Shown: one piece after another, positions 12,758-27,320 of the stretch
Position numbering within the stretch: the first letter of the stretch is position 1
Layout: each line of letters starts with the position of its first letter
DNA from: the human T2T-CHM13v2.0 reference genome, Homo sapiens
NCBI RefSeq assembly: GCF_009914755.1
Contig: NC_060926.1
DNA: 64,000 bases
Reading direction: 5' to 3' (one strand)
The notes under the pieces: generated by a model
Seen by the model: only the letters and a program-made list of their open reading frames with translations
Database searches by the model: none
Told to the model about the DNA's origin: nothing
Made by a program: the position numbers and the translations under genes

Positions 12758-15700
12758 AATCTGCCTCAATTCATCTCTTTAGGTTCCCAATACCCCTACT
12801 CAATCTTTTAATCAAATATATACTTGGTTTAGAGGGAGTCATCCCTTCCCTCAGGTTAAACTCAATTCTTGCATTCAGCTTGAGTGATTTTTATTCCTGT
12901 CAAGTTCCTATATGGGCTCCCCATGGAGTCATGGAATTAATCTGTCTTCTACATTCTCGGTGTACAGTGTGTGGAGAATTAGAATGACTACACTATGAAC
13001 ATGACACACGGAGCTGTCAGTAGTCATGGCACATGCAGAATCCTGTTGGGCAGGAGTGGTGAGTACTCTATGCTGACAGTGGAGTCACTTCCTTGGTTGA
13101 GCCATCTGTCTGACAGTCCTGGTTCTTCCCTATGGGAGAATCTTCTCATTATCCCCCATAGCCACATCTTATTAATATTTGGGAGAGCATTCCATTCCTA
13201 TACAGATTTTATAAACCATCTCCTTTTGAGGTGGATTTAGGAGCCTGAGGGCTGAGCAGTTAGTCACTGGCTGACAGCAAGCTAGGCCAGCATTTCTTTG
13301 CAGCTTCCACGACCTCGTTAGTAGGTTTCTAGTTAGTCGGATTCTTGCTGATCCCAGATATGAGTAACCATAGTTACTCATAGCTTAGGGACATAGTCTC
13401 TGTCCCTAAGCTTCATGGCCACTGCATGGAGCACTTTGAATCAATAGCCCTCTATGGAAAGATATCACCTTTAATCAATTTTTTCCCTAGGGACTGGCCT
13501 CTCTTTCTTCTCACTGGTAGAGAGCTTTTAAGGGAAAATGCTTGAGAAAGGCCTAAAGCCCCCACTACAAGGTTCTAAACTGTAACATTTGCAGGCAATT
13601 TAGAGTGTAGGCAGCAGGCAGAGACCACTTCTCTCAGCAAAACTATGTTTTCATTCATCTTTTCTACACTGGCTACTTCTAGGCCAAGTTCATCCCTTGC
13701 TAGGGTCTGAATATCCCCATCAAAACTCATAGTGAGACAGGGTGGAGAAAGATGGTTAAATAGAAGCCTTCACTGATCACCTCCCCAAGAGGAACACCAA
13801 ATTGAACAACTATCTATACAAAAAAGCATTGTCGTAAGAACCAAAAATCAGGTGAGCAATCACGGTACCTGGTTTTAATTTTAAATAGCTGAAAGTTAAC
13901 TTTACATAGCTGAAAGAGGCACTGAAGAGGGTAAGAAAGATAGTCTTGAATAGCTGATGCCACCCCCTCCCCCATTCAGCAGCGGCTGCACAGCATGGAG
14001 AATCTGTGTGCTTACAGGAGAGACAGCACAGCAATTGTGAGACCCTGCATTGAACTCAGTGCTGCCCTGTCACAGTGGAAAGCAAAACCAGGTTGAGGTC
14101 AGCCAACACTCATCCACAGAGGGAGCATTTGGACCAGCCCTGGCCAGAAGGGAATCACCCATCCCAGTGGTCAGAATTTGAGTTTCCACAAGCCTTGTCA
14201 CTCCAGGCTGAATGAAGTCTCTGGGGTCCTAAATAAACATGAAAGGCTATCTAGGCCACAAGGACTGCAATTCCTAGTGCTGTTCTGGGCTTGGAGCCAG
14301 TGGGACTTGGGGGACATGTGACCCAGTGTGACACCAGCTGGGGTGGCTAAAAAAGTGCTCGTGCCACCTCTCCCCAACCCCAGGCAGCAAAGCTCACAGC
14401 AACAAAAGCAACTCCTTCTTCTTTCTACTTGAGAAGAGGAGAGGGAACAGTAAAGAGGACTTTGTCTTGAATCTTGGATATCAGCTCAGCCACAGTATAG
14501 CACACTGGGCAGAGTTGAGAGGCACCCATTCCAGGCCCTAGCTCCTGGACAACATATCTAGACACACACTGGGCCAGAAGGGAACCTGCTGCCTTGAAAG
14601 GAAGGACCTAGTCCTGGCAGGATTCATCACCTGCTGACCAAAGAAACCTTGGGCCCTGAAACCAGCAATGATACCCTAGTTGTACAGCATGGGCCTTGGG
14701 TGAGACCGAGATGTACCGGCTTCAGGTGAGACCCAGCACATTCCCAGCTGCATTAACTATGGTGAGAGGCTCCTTCTGCTTGAGAAAAGCAGAAGGAAAA
14801 CTGAGGGGAACTTTGTCTTGCACTTTAGCTACTAGCTCAGCCACAGGGACGTACAGCACCAACAGGGCTCTTAGAGTTCCCAGTTCCAGGACTTGTCTCT
14901 TGGATGGCATTTCTGGATCTGCTGTGGAGCAGAGGGGAGCCCACTGCTCCGAAGGGTGAGTCACAGGCCTGGTAGCATTCACCACAAGCTGACTGAAGAG
15001 TCCTTGAGCCTTAAGGAAATATTGGTGGTAGTCTGGTAGTACTCCCCATGGGCCTATGGTGGTGGTGGTCATGGAGTGGGGCTCCTCTTCCTTTGGAAAG
15101 GGGTAGGAAGAGTGGGAAGGACTGCATCTTTTGGTTTGAGTACCAGCTCAGCTGCAAACAATGGAACACCGACAGACTTCTAAGGTTTTTGTCTCTAGTC
15201 CCTGACACCTCTATGGTACCTATGGATTTCCCTGGGGCAACTCACCACCTTGAAGGGAAGGACACAGGCCTGGCTGGTTTTGCCATCTGCTGATTGTAGA
15301 GCCCCAAGGCCTTGAGTGAATATAGGCGGTAGGGAGGCAGTGGTTACAGAGGGCCTCGGACAAGATTCAATACTATGCTGGCTTCTAGTCTGACCAAGCA
15401 CAGTCTCAGCAGTGGTGGCCACAGTGGTGCTTGTATCACTGCACCATCAGCTCCAGGTGGCTTACCACAGAGAGAGACCCTCCCTTTGTTTGAGAGAAAG
15501 TAAAGGAAGAGAACAAGAGTCGCTGCCTGGTTATCCAGAGAATTCTTCCAGATCTTACCCAAGACCACAAAGCTGATATTTCCACAAGTCTGCATGAACC
15601 ACAGTGTCACTGGGTTTGGGGGTGCCCCCAGTGCAGATACAACATAGATCACAACATTCAAGTCCTTTTGAATACATGGAAAGCCTTCCCAAGAAGGACA

Positions 15701-17203
15701 GGTACAAACAAGCCCAGACTGCGAAGACAAAACAAATACCTAACTCTTCAAACATACACTGACAGACATCCACAAGCATCAAGATCATCCAGGAAAACAT
15801 GACCTCACCAAATGAACAAAATAAGGTACCAGGGACCAATCATGGAGAAACAGGGACATGTGACTTTTCAGACAGAGAATTCAAAATAGCTATTTTGGGG
15901 AAACTCAAAGAAATTCAAGATAACATAGAGAAGGAATTCATAATTCTGTCAGGTAAATTTAACAAAGAGATTGAAATAATTAAAAAGAATTGAGCAAATT
16001 TTGGAGCTAAAATATGCAATAGGCATACTGAAGAACGCATCAGAATCTTTTAATAGCAGAATTGATGAGGAAGAAGAATTAGTGAGCTTGAAGATGGGTT
16101 ATTTGAAAATACACAATCAGAGGAGACAAAAGAAAAAAGAATAAAAAACAATGAAGCATGCCTACAGGATCTAGTAAATAGTCTCAAAAGGGAAAATCTA
16201 AGAGTTATTGGCCTTAAAGAGGAGGCAGAGAAAGAGATACAGATAGAAAGTTTATTCAAATGGATAATAACAGAGAACTTTCTAAACCTAGAGAAAGATA
16301 TAAATATCCAAGTACAAGAAGCTTATAGAACACCAAGCAGATTTAAGAACCTCAAGGCACCCAAAGATCAAAGATAAATAAGGGATCCCAAAAGCAGCAA
16401 GAGAAAAGAAACAAAAAACATACAGAATATTACAACACTGTAATTGTGTTGGGTAAATTATTCATATTATGAGTAGAAAGACTAAAAGATGAACCAATCA
16501 AAAACAATAACTATAACAACTTTTTAAGACATAGATGCTGCACTAAGATATAAATAGAAACAACAAAAGTTAAAAAGCAGAGAAATGAAGTTATAGTTTT
16601 TATTAGTTTTCTCTTTGCTTGTGTTTTTTATGCAATCAGTGTTAAATTGTCATCAGTTTAAAATAATGGATTATAAGATAGTATTTGCAAGCCTCATGGT
16701 AACCTCAAAAAAATATACAACTGATACTCAAGAAATAAAAAGCAAGATAGTAAATAATACCACCACAGAAAATCACCTTCACTAAAAGGAAGACAGGAAG
16801 GAGGGAAAAAAGGATGAGAAGACCACAAAACAACCAGAAAACAAATAGCAAAATGTCAGAAGCAAGTCCTTACTTATCAGTAGTAACATTGAATGTAAAT
16901 GGGCTATACTCTTCAATAAAAAGACATAGGGTGGCTGAATGGATAAAAAAAGCAAAACCCACTAATCTATTACCTACAAGAAACACATTTCATCTATAAA
17001 GATGCACATAGACTGAAAATAAAGGGATAGAAAAAGATATTTCATGCCAATGGAAACCAAAAGAGAGCAGGAATAGCTATATCAGACAAAATGTCATATT
17101 TAAAATATCATATTATGATATTTATCACATTATATTTATCATAATATGATATTTATATCAGACAAAGTAGATTTCAAGACAAAAGCTATAAAAAGAGACA
17201 AAG

Positions 17204-17633
<430 letters not shown>

Positions 17634-17901
17634 TTAACCCTAATACAATGATAGCCGGAGACTTCAACACACCACTTTCAGCATTGGACAGATCTTCCAG
17701 ACAGAAAATTAACAAAGAAGTATTGAATTTAATCTACACTATAGACCAAATAAACCTAGTAGATACTTACAGAACATTTCATCCAACAGCTGCAGAATAC
17801 GTATTCTTCTCCCCAGCATGTGGATCATTTTCAAGGATAGGCCATATGTTAGGTCACAAAACAAGTCTTAAAACATTCAAAAAATTGAAATAGTAAGAAA
17901 C

Positions 17902-18389
17902 GCCCTTTTTGCTGTAGGCCCAAGTGGTTGCTGCTGAAATGGGCAAGTTCATGAAACCTGGGAAGGTGTCGCTTGTCCTGGCTGGACACTACTCTGGATG
18001 CAAAGCCATCATCATGAAGAACATTGATGATGGCACCTCAGATCGCCCCTACAGCCACCTCTGGTGGCTGGAATTGACTGCTACCCCCGCAAAGTGATAG
18101 CTGTCATGGGCAAGAAGAAGATCGCCAAGAGGTCAAAGATCAAGTCTTTTGTGAGAGTTTATAACTATAATCACCTAATGCCCACAAGGTACTCTGTGGA
18201 TATCCCCTTGAACAAAACTGTCATCAGTAAGGATGTCTTCAGAGATCCTGCTCTTAAACGCAAGGCCTGACGAGAGGTCAAGGTCAAGTTTGAAGAGAGA
18301 TACAAGATAGGCAAAAACAAGTGGTTCTTCCAGAAGCTGCGGTTTTAGATGCTTTGTTTTGGTCATTAAAAATTAAAAAATAAGAAAAA
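17902..18389 (+). pseudogene. RPL27: Processed pseudogene of 60S ribosomal protein L27
   Basis: Intronless; 5' UTR, ATG 17939 ([10 protein letters not shown]), TAG 18346-18348; 1-nt deletion near 18057; CGA>TGA at 18268; ATTAAA plus A tail; TSD gaaatagtaa at 17887 and 18390. Confidence 0.97.
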
Positions 18390-20567
18390 GAAATAGTAAC
18401 AAGCATTTTCTCTGATCACAATGCAATAAAACTAAAAATCAATAATAATAGGAATTTTGGAAACTATACAATCACATGGAAATTAAACAATGTGCTCCTG
18501 AATAACCAGTGAGTCAATGAAAAAATTAAGAAGGAAATTTTAAAAATGTCTTAAAACAAGTGAAAATGGAAATGCAAAATACCAAAACCAATGGGGTACA
18601 GCAAAAGCAGTACTAGCAGGGAAGTTTATAGCTATAAGTGATTACACCAAAAACAAAGAAAAACTTCAAATAACAATGCATCATAAAGAACTAGAAAAGA
18701 AAGAGCAAACCAAACTCAAAATTGTAGAAGAAATAATACAGATCAAGGCCATAGAAATAAATGAAATGAACATAACAATACAAATAACTAATGGAAGGAA
18801 AAGCTGTTTTTTACAAAACATAAACAAAATTGACGAACCCTTAGGCAGACTAAGAAAAAGAGAGAGAAGACCCAAATAAATAAAATCAGAGATGAAAAAG
18901 CAGACATTAGAACTGATAGAGCAGAAATTCAAAGGATTATTAGTGGCTACTATGAGCAACTTTTGTCACTAGATTAGGAAATATAAGAGAAATGGACAAA
19001 TTCCTAGACATGTACAACCTATCAAGATTGAACCATGAAGAAATCCAAACCTGAACAGACCAATAACAAGTAACAAGAACGAAGCTGTAGTAAAAGAGTC
19101 TCCCAGCGAAGAAAGCCCAGGACCCAGTGGCTTCACGGCTGAATTCTACGAAACATTTAAAGAAGAACTAATACCAATCCTGTTCAAACTGTTCCATAAA
19201 ATATAGGTGAAGGGAATACTTCCAAATGCGTTCTGTGACGACAGTATAATCCCGATACCAAAAACCAGAAAAGACACATCAGAAAAAGAAAACTACAGGC
19301 CAATATCTCTGATGAATATTGATGCAAAAATCCTCAAGAAAATACTAGCAAGCCAAATTCAACAACACATTAAAAAGATCATTCATCATGACCAAGTGAG
19401 ATTTATCCCAGGGATGCAAGAATGGTTTGATTTGTGCAAATAAATAAATGTGATACATATTACATCAAGAGAATGAAGGACAAAAAACATATGATCATTT
19501 AAATTGATGCTGAAAAAGCATTTGATACAATTCAACATAACTTCATGATAAGAACCCTCAAAAAACTGGGTACAGAAGAAACATATGTCAACACAATAAA
19601 AGCCATATGTGACAGAACCATAGCTATTATCATACTGAATGGGGTAAAACTGAAAATCTTTTCTCTAAGATCTGGAACAGTACAAGGATGCCCACTTTCA
19701 TCCCTGTTATTGAACATATTACTGGAAGTCTTCACTAGAGCAATCAGACAAGAGAAAGAAAGGGCATCCAAAGTGGAAGGAAGAAGTCAAGTTATCCTTG
19801 TTTGCAAATATGATCTTATATTTGGAAAAACTTAAAAACCCCACCAGAGAACTATTAGAACTGATGAACGAATTCAGTAAAGTTGCATACAAAATCAATA
19901 CACAAAATCAGTGGCATTTCAATATGTCAATAGCAAATAATCTGAAAAAGAAATCAAGAGAGTAAACCTGTTTATGATAGCTACAAATAAAATACCTACA
20001 AATTTACTTAACCAAAAAAGGGAAAGATCTCTGCAATGAACGCTATAAAACACTGATTCTAGATATTGAAGAGAACATTAAAAAATGGAAAGATATCTCA
20101 TGTTCATGGGTTGCAAAAATCAGTATTGTTAAAATGTCCTACTACCCAAAGTAATCTGCAGATTTGATGCAATCCATCAAAATACCAATGACATCCTTCA
20201 GAGAAATAGAAAAAAAATCCTAAAATTAAGCAGAACCACAAAAGACCCAGAATAGCCAAATCTATCCTGAGCAAAAAGAAGAAAACTGAAGGAATCACAT
20301 TATACTACAGTACTATAGTAACCAAAACAGAATGGTATTCGCATAAAAACAAACACATAGACTAAAGGCACAGCATACAGAACCCAGAAATAAATTCATA
20401 CATCTTTAGTAAACTCATTTTTGACAAAGTTGCCAAGAACATACAGTCTCTTGAGAAAGGACAGTCTTTTCAATGAATAGTGCTGAAAAAACTGTATATC
20501 CATATTCAGATAGACCCCTATCTCTTGCCATATACAAAATCCAAATTAAAATGGATTAAAGACAATT

Positions 20568-20785
20568 CAGGAGAGTCCAATCTTTTGGCTTTTCTGGGCC
20601 ACATCAGAAGAAGAATTGTCTTGGACCACACATAAAATACACTAACACTAATGATAGCTGATGAGCTAAAAAAAATCGCACAAATACTCATAATTTTTAA
20701 ACAAAGTTTACAAATTTCTGTTGGGCCACATTGAAAGCCATCTTGGGCTGCATGCAGCCCAAGGGCCATGGGTTGGACAAGCTTG
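20568..20785 (+). mobile_element. MER30 (hAT-Charlie MITE) inside L1 ORF2
   Basis: caggagagtccaatcttttggctt...ccacacataaaatacactaacactaatgatagctgatgagct...ggttggacaagcttg. Confidence 0.9.
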
Positions 20786-21735
20786 ACGTAAATATAAGAC
20801 CTCAAATTACAAAACTACTAAAAGAAAACATTGAGGAAACTCTTCAAGACATTGGAGTGGGCAAAGATTTCTTGAATAATATCCCACAAGCACAGGCAAC
20901 CAAAGCAAAAATGGACAAATGGGATCACATGAAGTTAAAAAGCTTTCTGCCCAGCAATGGAAGCAATCAACAAAATGAAGAGACAACTAGCAGAATGGGA
21001 GAAAATATTTGCAAGCTGCCCATCTGACAAGGGATTAATAACCAGAATATGTAAGGAGTTCAAACAACTCAATAGGAAAAAATCTAATAATCCCATCAAA
21101 GAAAATGGGCAAAAGATGTGCATAGACGTTTCTCAAAAGAAGACATACAAACAACAAACAGGCATATGAAAAGGTGCTCAATATCATTCATCATCAGCAA
21201 AATGCAAATCAAAACTATAGTGAGATATCATCTCACCCCAGTTAAAATGGTTTATATCCAAAAGACAGGCAATAAGAAATGCTGATGAGAATGTGGAGAA
21301 AAAAGAACCCCCGTGCATTGTTGGTAAGAATGTAAATTAGTACAATCACTATGGAGAACAGTTTGGAGGTTCCTCAAAAAAACAAAAAATAAAGCTACTC
21401 TATGATCCAGCAATCCCACTACTCGGTATATACCTAAATGAAAGGAAATCATGATATCGAAGATGTATCTGTACTCCCATGTTTATTGCAGCACTATTCA
21501 CAATAGCCGAGATTTTGGAAGCATCCCAAGTGTCCATCAACAGATGAATGGATAAAGAAAATGCGGTACTTACATACAATGGAGTACTATTCAGCATAAA
21601 AAGGATGAGATCCTGTCATTTGCAACAACATGGATGGAACTGGAGATCATTATAGCTAAGTGAAATAAGCCAGGCAAAGAAACACAAACATCACATGTTC
21701 TTATTTATCTGTGGGAGCTAAAAGTTAAAACGATT

Positions 21736-22026
21736 GGCCTGGCGCGGTGGCTCACGCCTGTAATCCTAGCACTTTGGGAGGCCGAGGCGGGCAGATCACG
21801 AGGTCAGGAGATCGAGACCAGCCTGGCTAACACGGTGAAACCCCGTCTTTACTAAAAATACAAAAAAATTAGCCGGGCGTGGTGGTGGGCGCCTGTAGTC
21901 CCAGCTACTCAGGAGGCTGAGGCAGGAAAATGGCGTGAACCTGGGAGGCGGAGCTCGCAGTGAGCCGAGATCGCTCCACTGTAGTCCAGCCTGAGTGACA
22001 GAGCGAGACTCCATCTAAAAAAAAAA
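21736..22026 (+). mobile_element. AluY inside L1 3' UTR
   Basis: AluY diagnostics (ctggctaacacggtg, atggcgtgaacc); 16-bp TSD aaaagttaaaacgatt. Confidence 0.95.
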
Positions 22027-23240
22027 AAAAGTTAAAACGATTGAACTCATGGAGATAGAGAGTAGAAGGACAGTTACCAGAGGCTAGGAAGGGTTATTGC
22101 GGGGTTGGGGAGAGTGGGGATGATTAAAGGGTGCAAAAAATAGTTAGAAAGAATGAATAAGAACTAGTATTTGCTAGCACTACAGGGTGACTATAGTAAA
22201 GAAATCAATTTAATTGTACATTTAAAAATAACTAAAAGAGTGTAATTGGATTGTTTGTAACACAAAGGATAAATGCTTGAGGTGATGGATACCCCCATTA
22301 CCCTGATAGGATTATTAGGCATTGCATGCCTGTATCAAAATATCTCACATACCCCATAAATATATATACCTACTATGTACTCACAAAAATTAAAAATTAA
22401 AAAAAAATTCATGTTGAAATTTGATTGCCAATATAATGATGTTGGGAAGTGGGGCCTTTAAAAGGTGATTAGATCATGAGGTTTCTGTCCTCATGAATGG
22501 ATTAATGCCATTATTGTGGGAGTGGATCAGCTATCTCAGGAGTTGGGCCCTCCTTTTTCTGTCTCATGAGCGCTTGCCCTCTCTCTCTTGCCCTCTTTGA
22601 CTATATGATGCCTTCTGCCATGGGATGAAGGCCATGTTCTTGAACTTCCCAGCCTCCAGAACTGTAAGCCAAATACACTTCTGTTCTTTATAAATTATCC
22701 AGTCTGTGGTATTCTGTTTTAACAACAGAAAATGTGCTAAGACATCCCTCTTGCAGGGCTTTGTGGAAAGTGGCAAAGCATTATTACTAGGGTCTGTTTT
22801 GGGATGGGGAGGGGGAATCTAATTTTAATGGATCAATTTCTTTTTTAAAAAAATGATCCAGGGTATTGTCAGCAACTAGTTTATTCTTCTCTGTAAATTT
22901 TTCTTCAAAGAGCAGAAGAATTCACAAATTTAGATAATCTGGTCAAACCCTCTAACTTCAGAAAAGAAACTAAGCATCAGACTCTTTGATGCTGTTTTCT
23001 CCACTGAAAAGCTTTTCAGTGGAGTAAAGGGGGCCTCGAAATATTCTGAGATTTGTAGGAGGGTGAAGTAAATACCTAAGGTAATTGTGACGGATAGTTC
23101 TTGAATTATCTGCTTTCAACTATCTTCTATCAGGCTGTGGTGAACCCAAGTAACTGAAACTCCTGATGCAAGTAGTACAGACGTATTCAGGAGGGATACT
23201 TTTAAGGGGTTGAGGGGAAAAATGCCTGTTGGGGGTTAAC

Positions 23241-23356
23241 CTTATTCAGTGGAGAAAACAGCATCATTGCTTCTGATGCCTAGTTTCTTAATTTTAAAGT
23301 AGGCCTGATCCAACATTTCCTCATCATCCTCTCTTATTTCTTCAGATATAAGATCT
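23241..23356 (-). pseudogene. Candidate exon remnant
   Basis: Acceptor tttatttctatttcag, weak donor AAG|GTTAAC; frame DLISEEIREDDEEMLDQAYFKIKKLGIRSNDAVFSTE*. Confidence 0.5.
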
Positions 23357-23896
23357 CTGAAATAGAAATAAATTTTATTCTTATTTATGCAGAGTGCATA
23401 ATTCAGCTGCTCAGTATCATATGAAATAAAGACCTCCAGAAACTTCCAGGGCCTATTCAATCTTCCTTGCCAAGGGGTCAACTTGACGTTATTAACCCAG
23501 TGTACTGCACAGAAGCAATAATAAAAGCCATAAAACATCATTGCAAAGTGACTAGCACAGACTTCAAAGAGGAGCTAAGACAGATGTGAGCAATATCCTA
23601 TAATGTATGTACTTATCACCTTTGCATTCAGATGGTGGTGGATACCCCTGAATGAGTGTTTAAAGATGTCAAGAATGAGGGCATGAGGAGAAACCAGACA
23701 GCTCCAGCTAAGTGGACCCATGCACAAAGGACAGTCATGAGGTGAACCATCTGTCTCTTCCAGTCTGTTCTACCCTGTTCAAAGCACTTCTAACAGGTTA
23801 TTTTAATTAACCTGTAAAACAATTTCCCATGAAGTAGATTGGAGAGAAATTATTGTAAAACCTTATTTAAAACTGTTAAATTCAGCTGGAAAGGCT

Positions 23897-24010
23897 AATT
23901 ATCATTATCATACTTTTATAAATGAGGAAACTGAGACACAATGAAGTTAAGTGATTTATGTAGAGCTAGATATTTAATCCCTATTTAATTCCTGATTCTG
24001 TGCTTTTTTC
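23897..24010 (-). mobile_element. MIR fragment
   Basis: ttttataaatgaggaaactgagacacaatgaagttaagtgattt core. Confidence 0.7.
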
Positions 24011-24086
24011 ACACCATCCCAGTAAGTCCCACTTAGGAACATCCTAGCCTTCTGTAGTTCAGCAGTAACAGCAAAAACTTCAAGCA

Positions 24087-24396
24087 GGCCAGGAGCCGTG
24101 ACCCATGCCTGTAATCCCAGCACTTTGGAGGCTGAAATGGGCAGATCGCTTGAGCCCAGGAGTTTGAGATCAGCCTGGGCAACATAGCAAGATCTCCTCT
24201 CTACAAAAAATACAAAAACTAGGCAGGTGTGGTGGGGGCATGCTTATAGGAGGCTGAGGTGGGAGGATCATTTGAGCCCAGGAGGCAGAGCCTGCAGTGA
24301 ACCATGATCGTGCCACTTCACTTCAGCCTGGGGTGACAGAGTGAGACCCTGTCTCGAGAAAACAAAACAAAACAAACAAACAAACAAAAACCCACA
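24087..24396 (+). mobile_element. AluJ
   Basis: ttgagcccaggagtttgag, ggaggatcatttgagccc; (AAAC)n tail; 14-bp TSD aaaaacttcaagca. Confidence 0.95.
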
Positions 24397-24935
24397 AAAA
24401 ACTTCAAGCAGATTGCTCCGAGGTAATAATTATGAATATGTGTAAAGTTTACCTGTAATGATTCCATTGCGTAGTTGTTAAAAGCAAAAGATTGGAATTA
24501 ATATAAATATCTACCAAAGGTGGCACATTAAATTACATAGGGGAATGCCATGGTAATAGTAAAAAAAAACCACATAATTCAAGAATAGTTGGGTAGGGAA
24601 ATGTAATGCAAATGTATATCAGTGGGGAGAAATGAATGTACATGCATAACCTTAAAACATATATTTATCTGGATCTGTTATAAGCAACAATAACATCAAT
24701 GATAGCATTTTTGCTCTCAACTAAATCTCACGTGGGCACCCTTAGCATCCAGCTTTTAGTCTCTATTATCCATTAATATGAACCAGGAAATTTGGGGGAT
24801 GGTTGACTCCATAGTTTGAGGGCAGGAAAAAATTATGTTGGATCTGAAACATCAGGATGTTTGGATAGGATACAAGGATAGAAATGCTTAGAGGACAGAA
24901 GGCACTATATAAGGACGCCTCCCCTGAACAGGTTA

Positions 24936-25362
<427 letters not shown>

Positions 25363-25485
25363 TTATAAGTGATAAAAATGTAACTGACATACAAAAGGAG
25401 AATAAAAAAGTTTTGGTTTACTTTGTTAACTTTAATAAGTAGAAAGGTATGATCTATACAAGATTTTAAAAAATTATATACTACA

Positions 25486-25487
<2 letters not shown>

Positions 25488-25525
<38 letters not shown>
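25488..25525. repeat. (GT)19 microsatellite
   Basis: Perfect dinucleotide run. Confidence 0.98.
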
Positions 25526-25527
<2 letters not shown>

Positions 25528-25607
25528 TTTTCTATTCTATTAGCAGGAAGAAGTTTACAAATATTTACTGAATGAATGAAATAATTATAAAAAAATATAG
25601 GACCTAC

Positions 25608-25738
25608 TCATTGTCTATAAATGATTATTTTCTCCAGTATACTATTACAAGTTACTCTCAATAATTATTCCTGGAAGGACATTTTCTTCAAGTTTTGTTT
25701 GAGCCACAGATTTCTAGCTCTACTCTTACTGGGAGTGC
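25608..25738 (-). pseudogene. Candidate exon remnant
   Basis: Weak acceptor aaatcag, donor TGA|GTAGGT; 131 nt links the flanking candidates in frame but contains 4 stops. Confidence 0.3.
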
Positions 25739-26080
25739 CTGATTTTGTTAGAGCCTTACATTACACAGAGAAAAACTTTAATATAAGTATATAAAACACA
25801 GCATTGACCAGCAGATGGCTCTACAGAGCAACAACAAAAAAAATCACGACATAATTTAAAACTGATGTATGTGTAAATCATTACTACAGGAAATCTTTTT
25901 TACATTCTCTCTGTGTGTGTATGTGTGTGTATGAGAGAAACTGGAATGGTAAAAATGAAAACATTTAACTTGTTAAATTAACTTAGGCAAGTTAAATGTT
26001 TTGGTAAAATTTTAGAAGAAAATAGTTTTCAAGAAGTTCATCATGAAGTTATTACTGTCAACTTCTACATCAAAATTTAC

Positions 26081-26162
26081 CCATAATATATGCAAAAGTA
26101 GTTCAACACAGATATCAAGAGCAAATTGACTGGAATTAATTGCTGCTTTTAAGTGTCATCTT
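26081..26162 (-). pseudogene. Candidate exon remnant
   Basis: Acceptor tttatactgtttag, donor TGG|GTAAAT; R*HLKAAINSSQFALDICVELLLHILW. Confidence 0.45.
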
Positions 26163-26505
26163 CTAAACAGTATAAACCAAGGTCAAGAATATTCAGCAAT
26201 CATTATTTATTCAGATCTAAAAGTAATGTGATGTTTAGAAAAATGACTGTACTAAAATCTCTTTTAGATAGGCCTTAAATGATTTTTGAAATTTAAGAAG
26301 TACAAATTAAGTAATATAGAATATAAGCTTCATTCTGAAAAATATATCTAGGAATAAATACATACATAATGGCTTATATCTCAAACAGATATACTGATTT
26401 CCCTTGACATTCTTATGTATTATGTACTATCTTATAATGACAGTTCCAAGGATAATAAAATATAACACTGTTGTTTCTAGATTTTAATTGAAATGCATTC
26501 TGTCT

Positions 26506-26750
26506 CATTCATTCATTCAACTAACATTTATTGAGCACTGGCTATGTGCTACATAAGCAAGCTGTTTTAGGCACTTAAAATGTATAAATTCATTTAATTC
26601 TCAACTTTATGAGGTAGATACCATTATTATCCCCATTCTACAGATAAAAAACTGAGGCATGGAGATTAAATAACTAGTTCAAAGTCAGAGAGGTGACAAG
26701 TGGCAAATGCAAACTCTGGTGGTTTAGCTCCAATTCCAGTGGTCTTCCAT
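26506..26750 (-). mobile_element. MIR
   Basis: catttattgagcact...attattatccccattctacagataaaaaactgaggc. Confidence 0.85.
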
Positions 26751-27051
26751 GCATTCACTCATCAGAAAATATTAATTGGAGAATACAGCGCTCTCCTAGA
26801 TGTCATACAAAAATATATGCACAAGGGGACTATAAACTAGGGAATAAACTTTACATTGGTAAGATGTTTTATAGTTTACAAAAATATGTTCGTATACCCA
26901 TGAATATTAAGTAACTCTTCAAGAAAACAGTGCAGAAGATGGTATAAGCTGGTATGTATAATAAAATACCATATTAGTGGTACAGATAGTAATTTAAAAA
27001 TATAACCAAGCAAAAGAAAAGATGGCTATAGACTACAGTAGATATAGATAT

Positions 27052-27095
<44 letters not shown>
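27052..27095. repeat. (TAGA)11 tetranucleotide STR
   Basis: Perfect run. Confidence 0.98.
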
Positions 27096-27099
27096 ATTT

Positions 27100-27320
27100 A
27101 ATGGAGGTGGTGGGAGTTGAATGGAGCTAGGCCTGAACAGTGGGGAGGATTTGAGGGGACAAGGAGGAAGTAGGAAAGGTACTACTCTGACAGCCCCAGG
27201 AGTACAGAGATTAGAAACCAATAAGACCTGATCAGAACAGACCCCCAAGGCGGGTTGTGGAAAATAAGGTTGGACAAGTAGGAGGGAGCAGATTTTGGAG
27301 ACCTTTGAATGTTAGGAATG
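27100..27320 (-). mobile_element. L2 fragment
   Basis: Purine-rich L2 3' region motifs (gagctaggcctgaa..., gcagattttggagacctttgaatg). Confidence 0.55.

Noticed and set aside
12900-13690. Possible ERVL/MaLR internal fragment
   Set aside because: Could not match a consensus; the adjacent MST LTR has its own TSD, so this is not its internal region.
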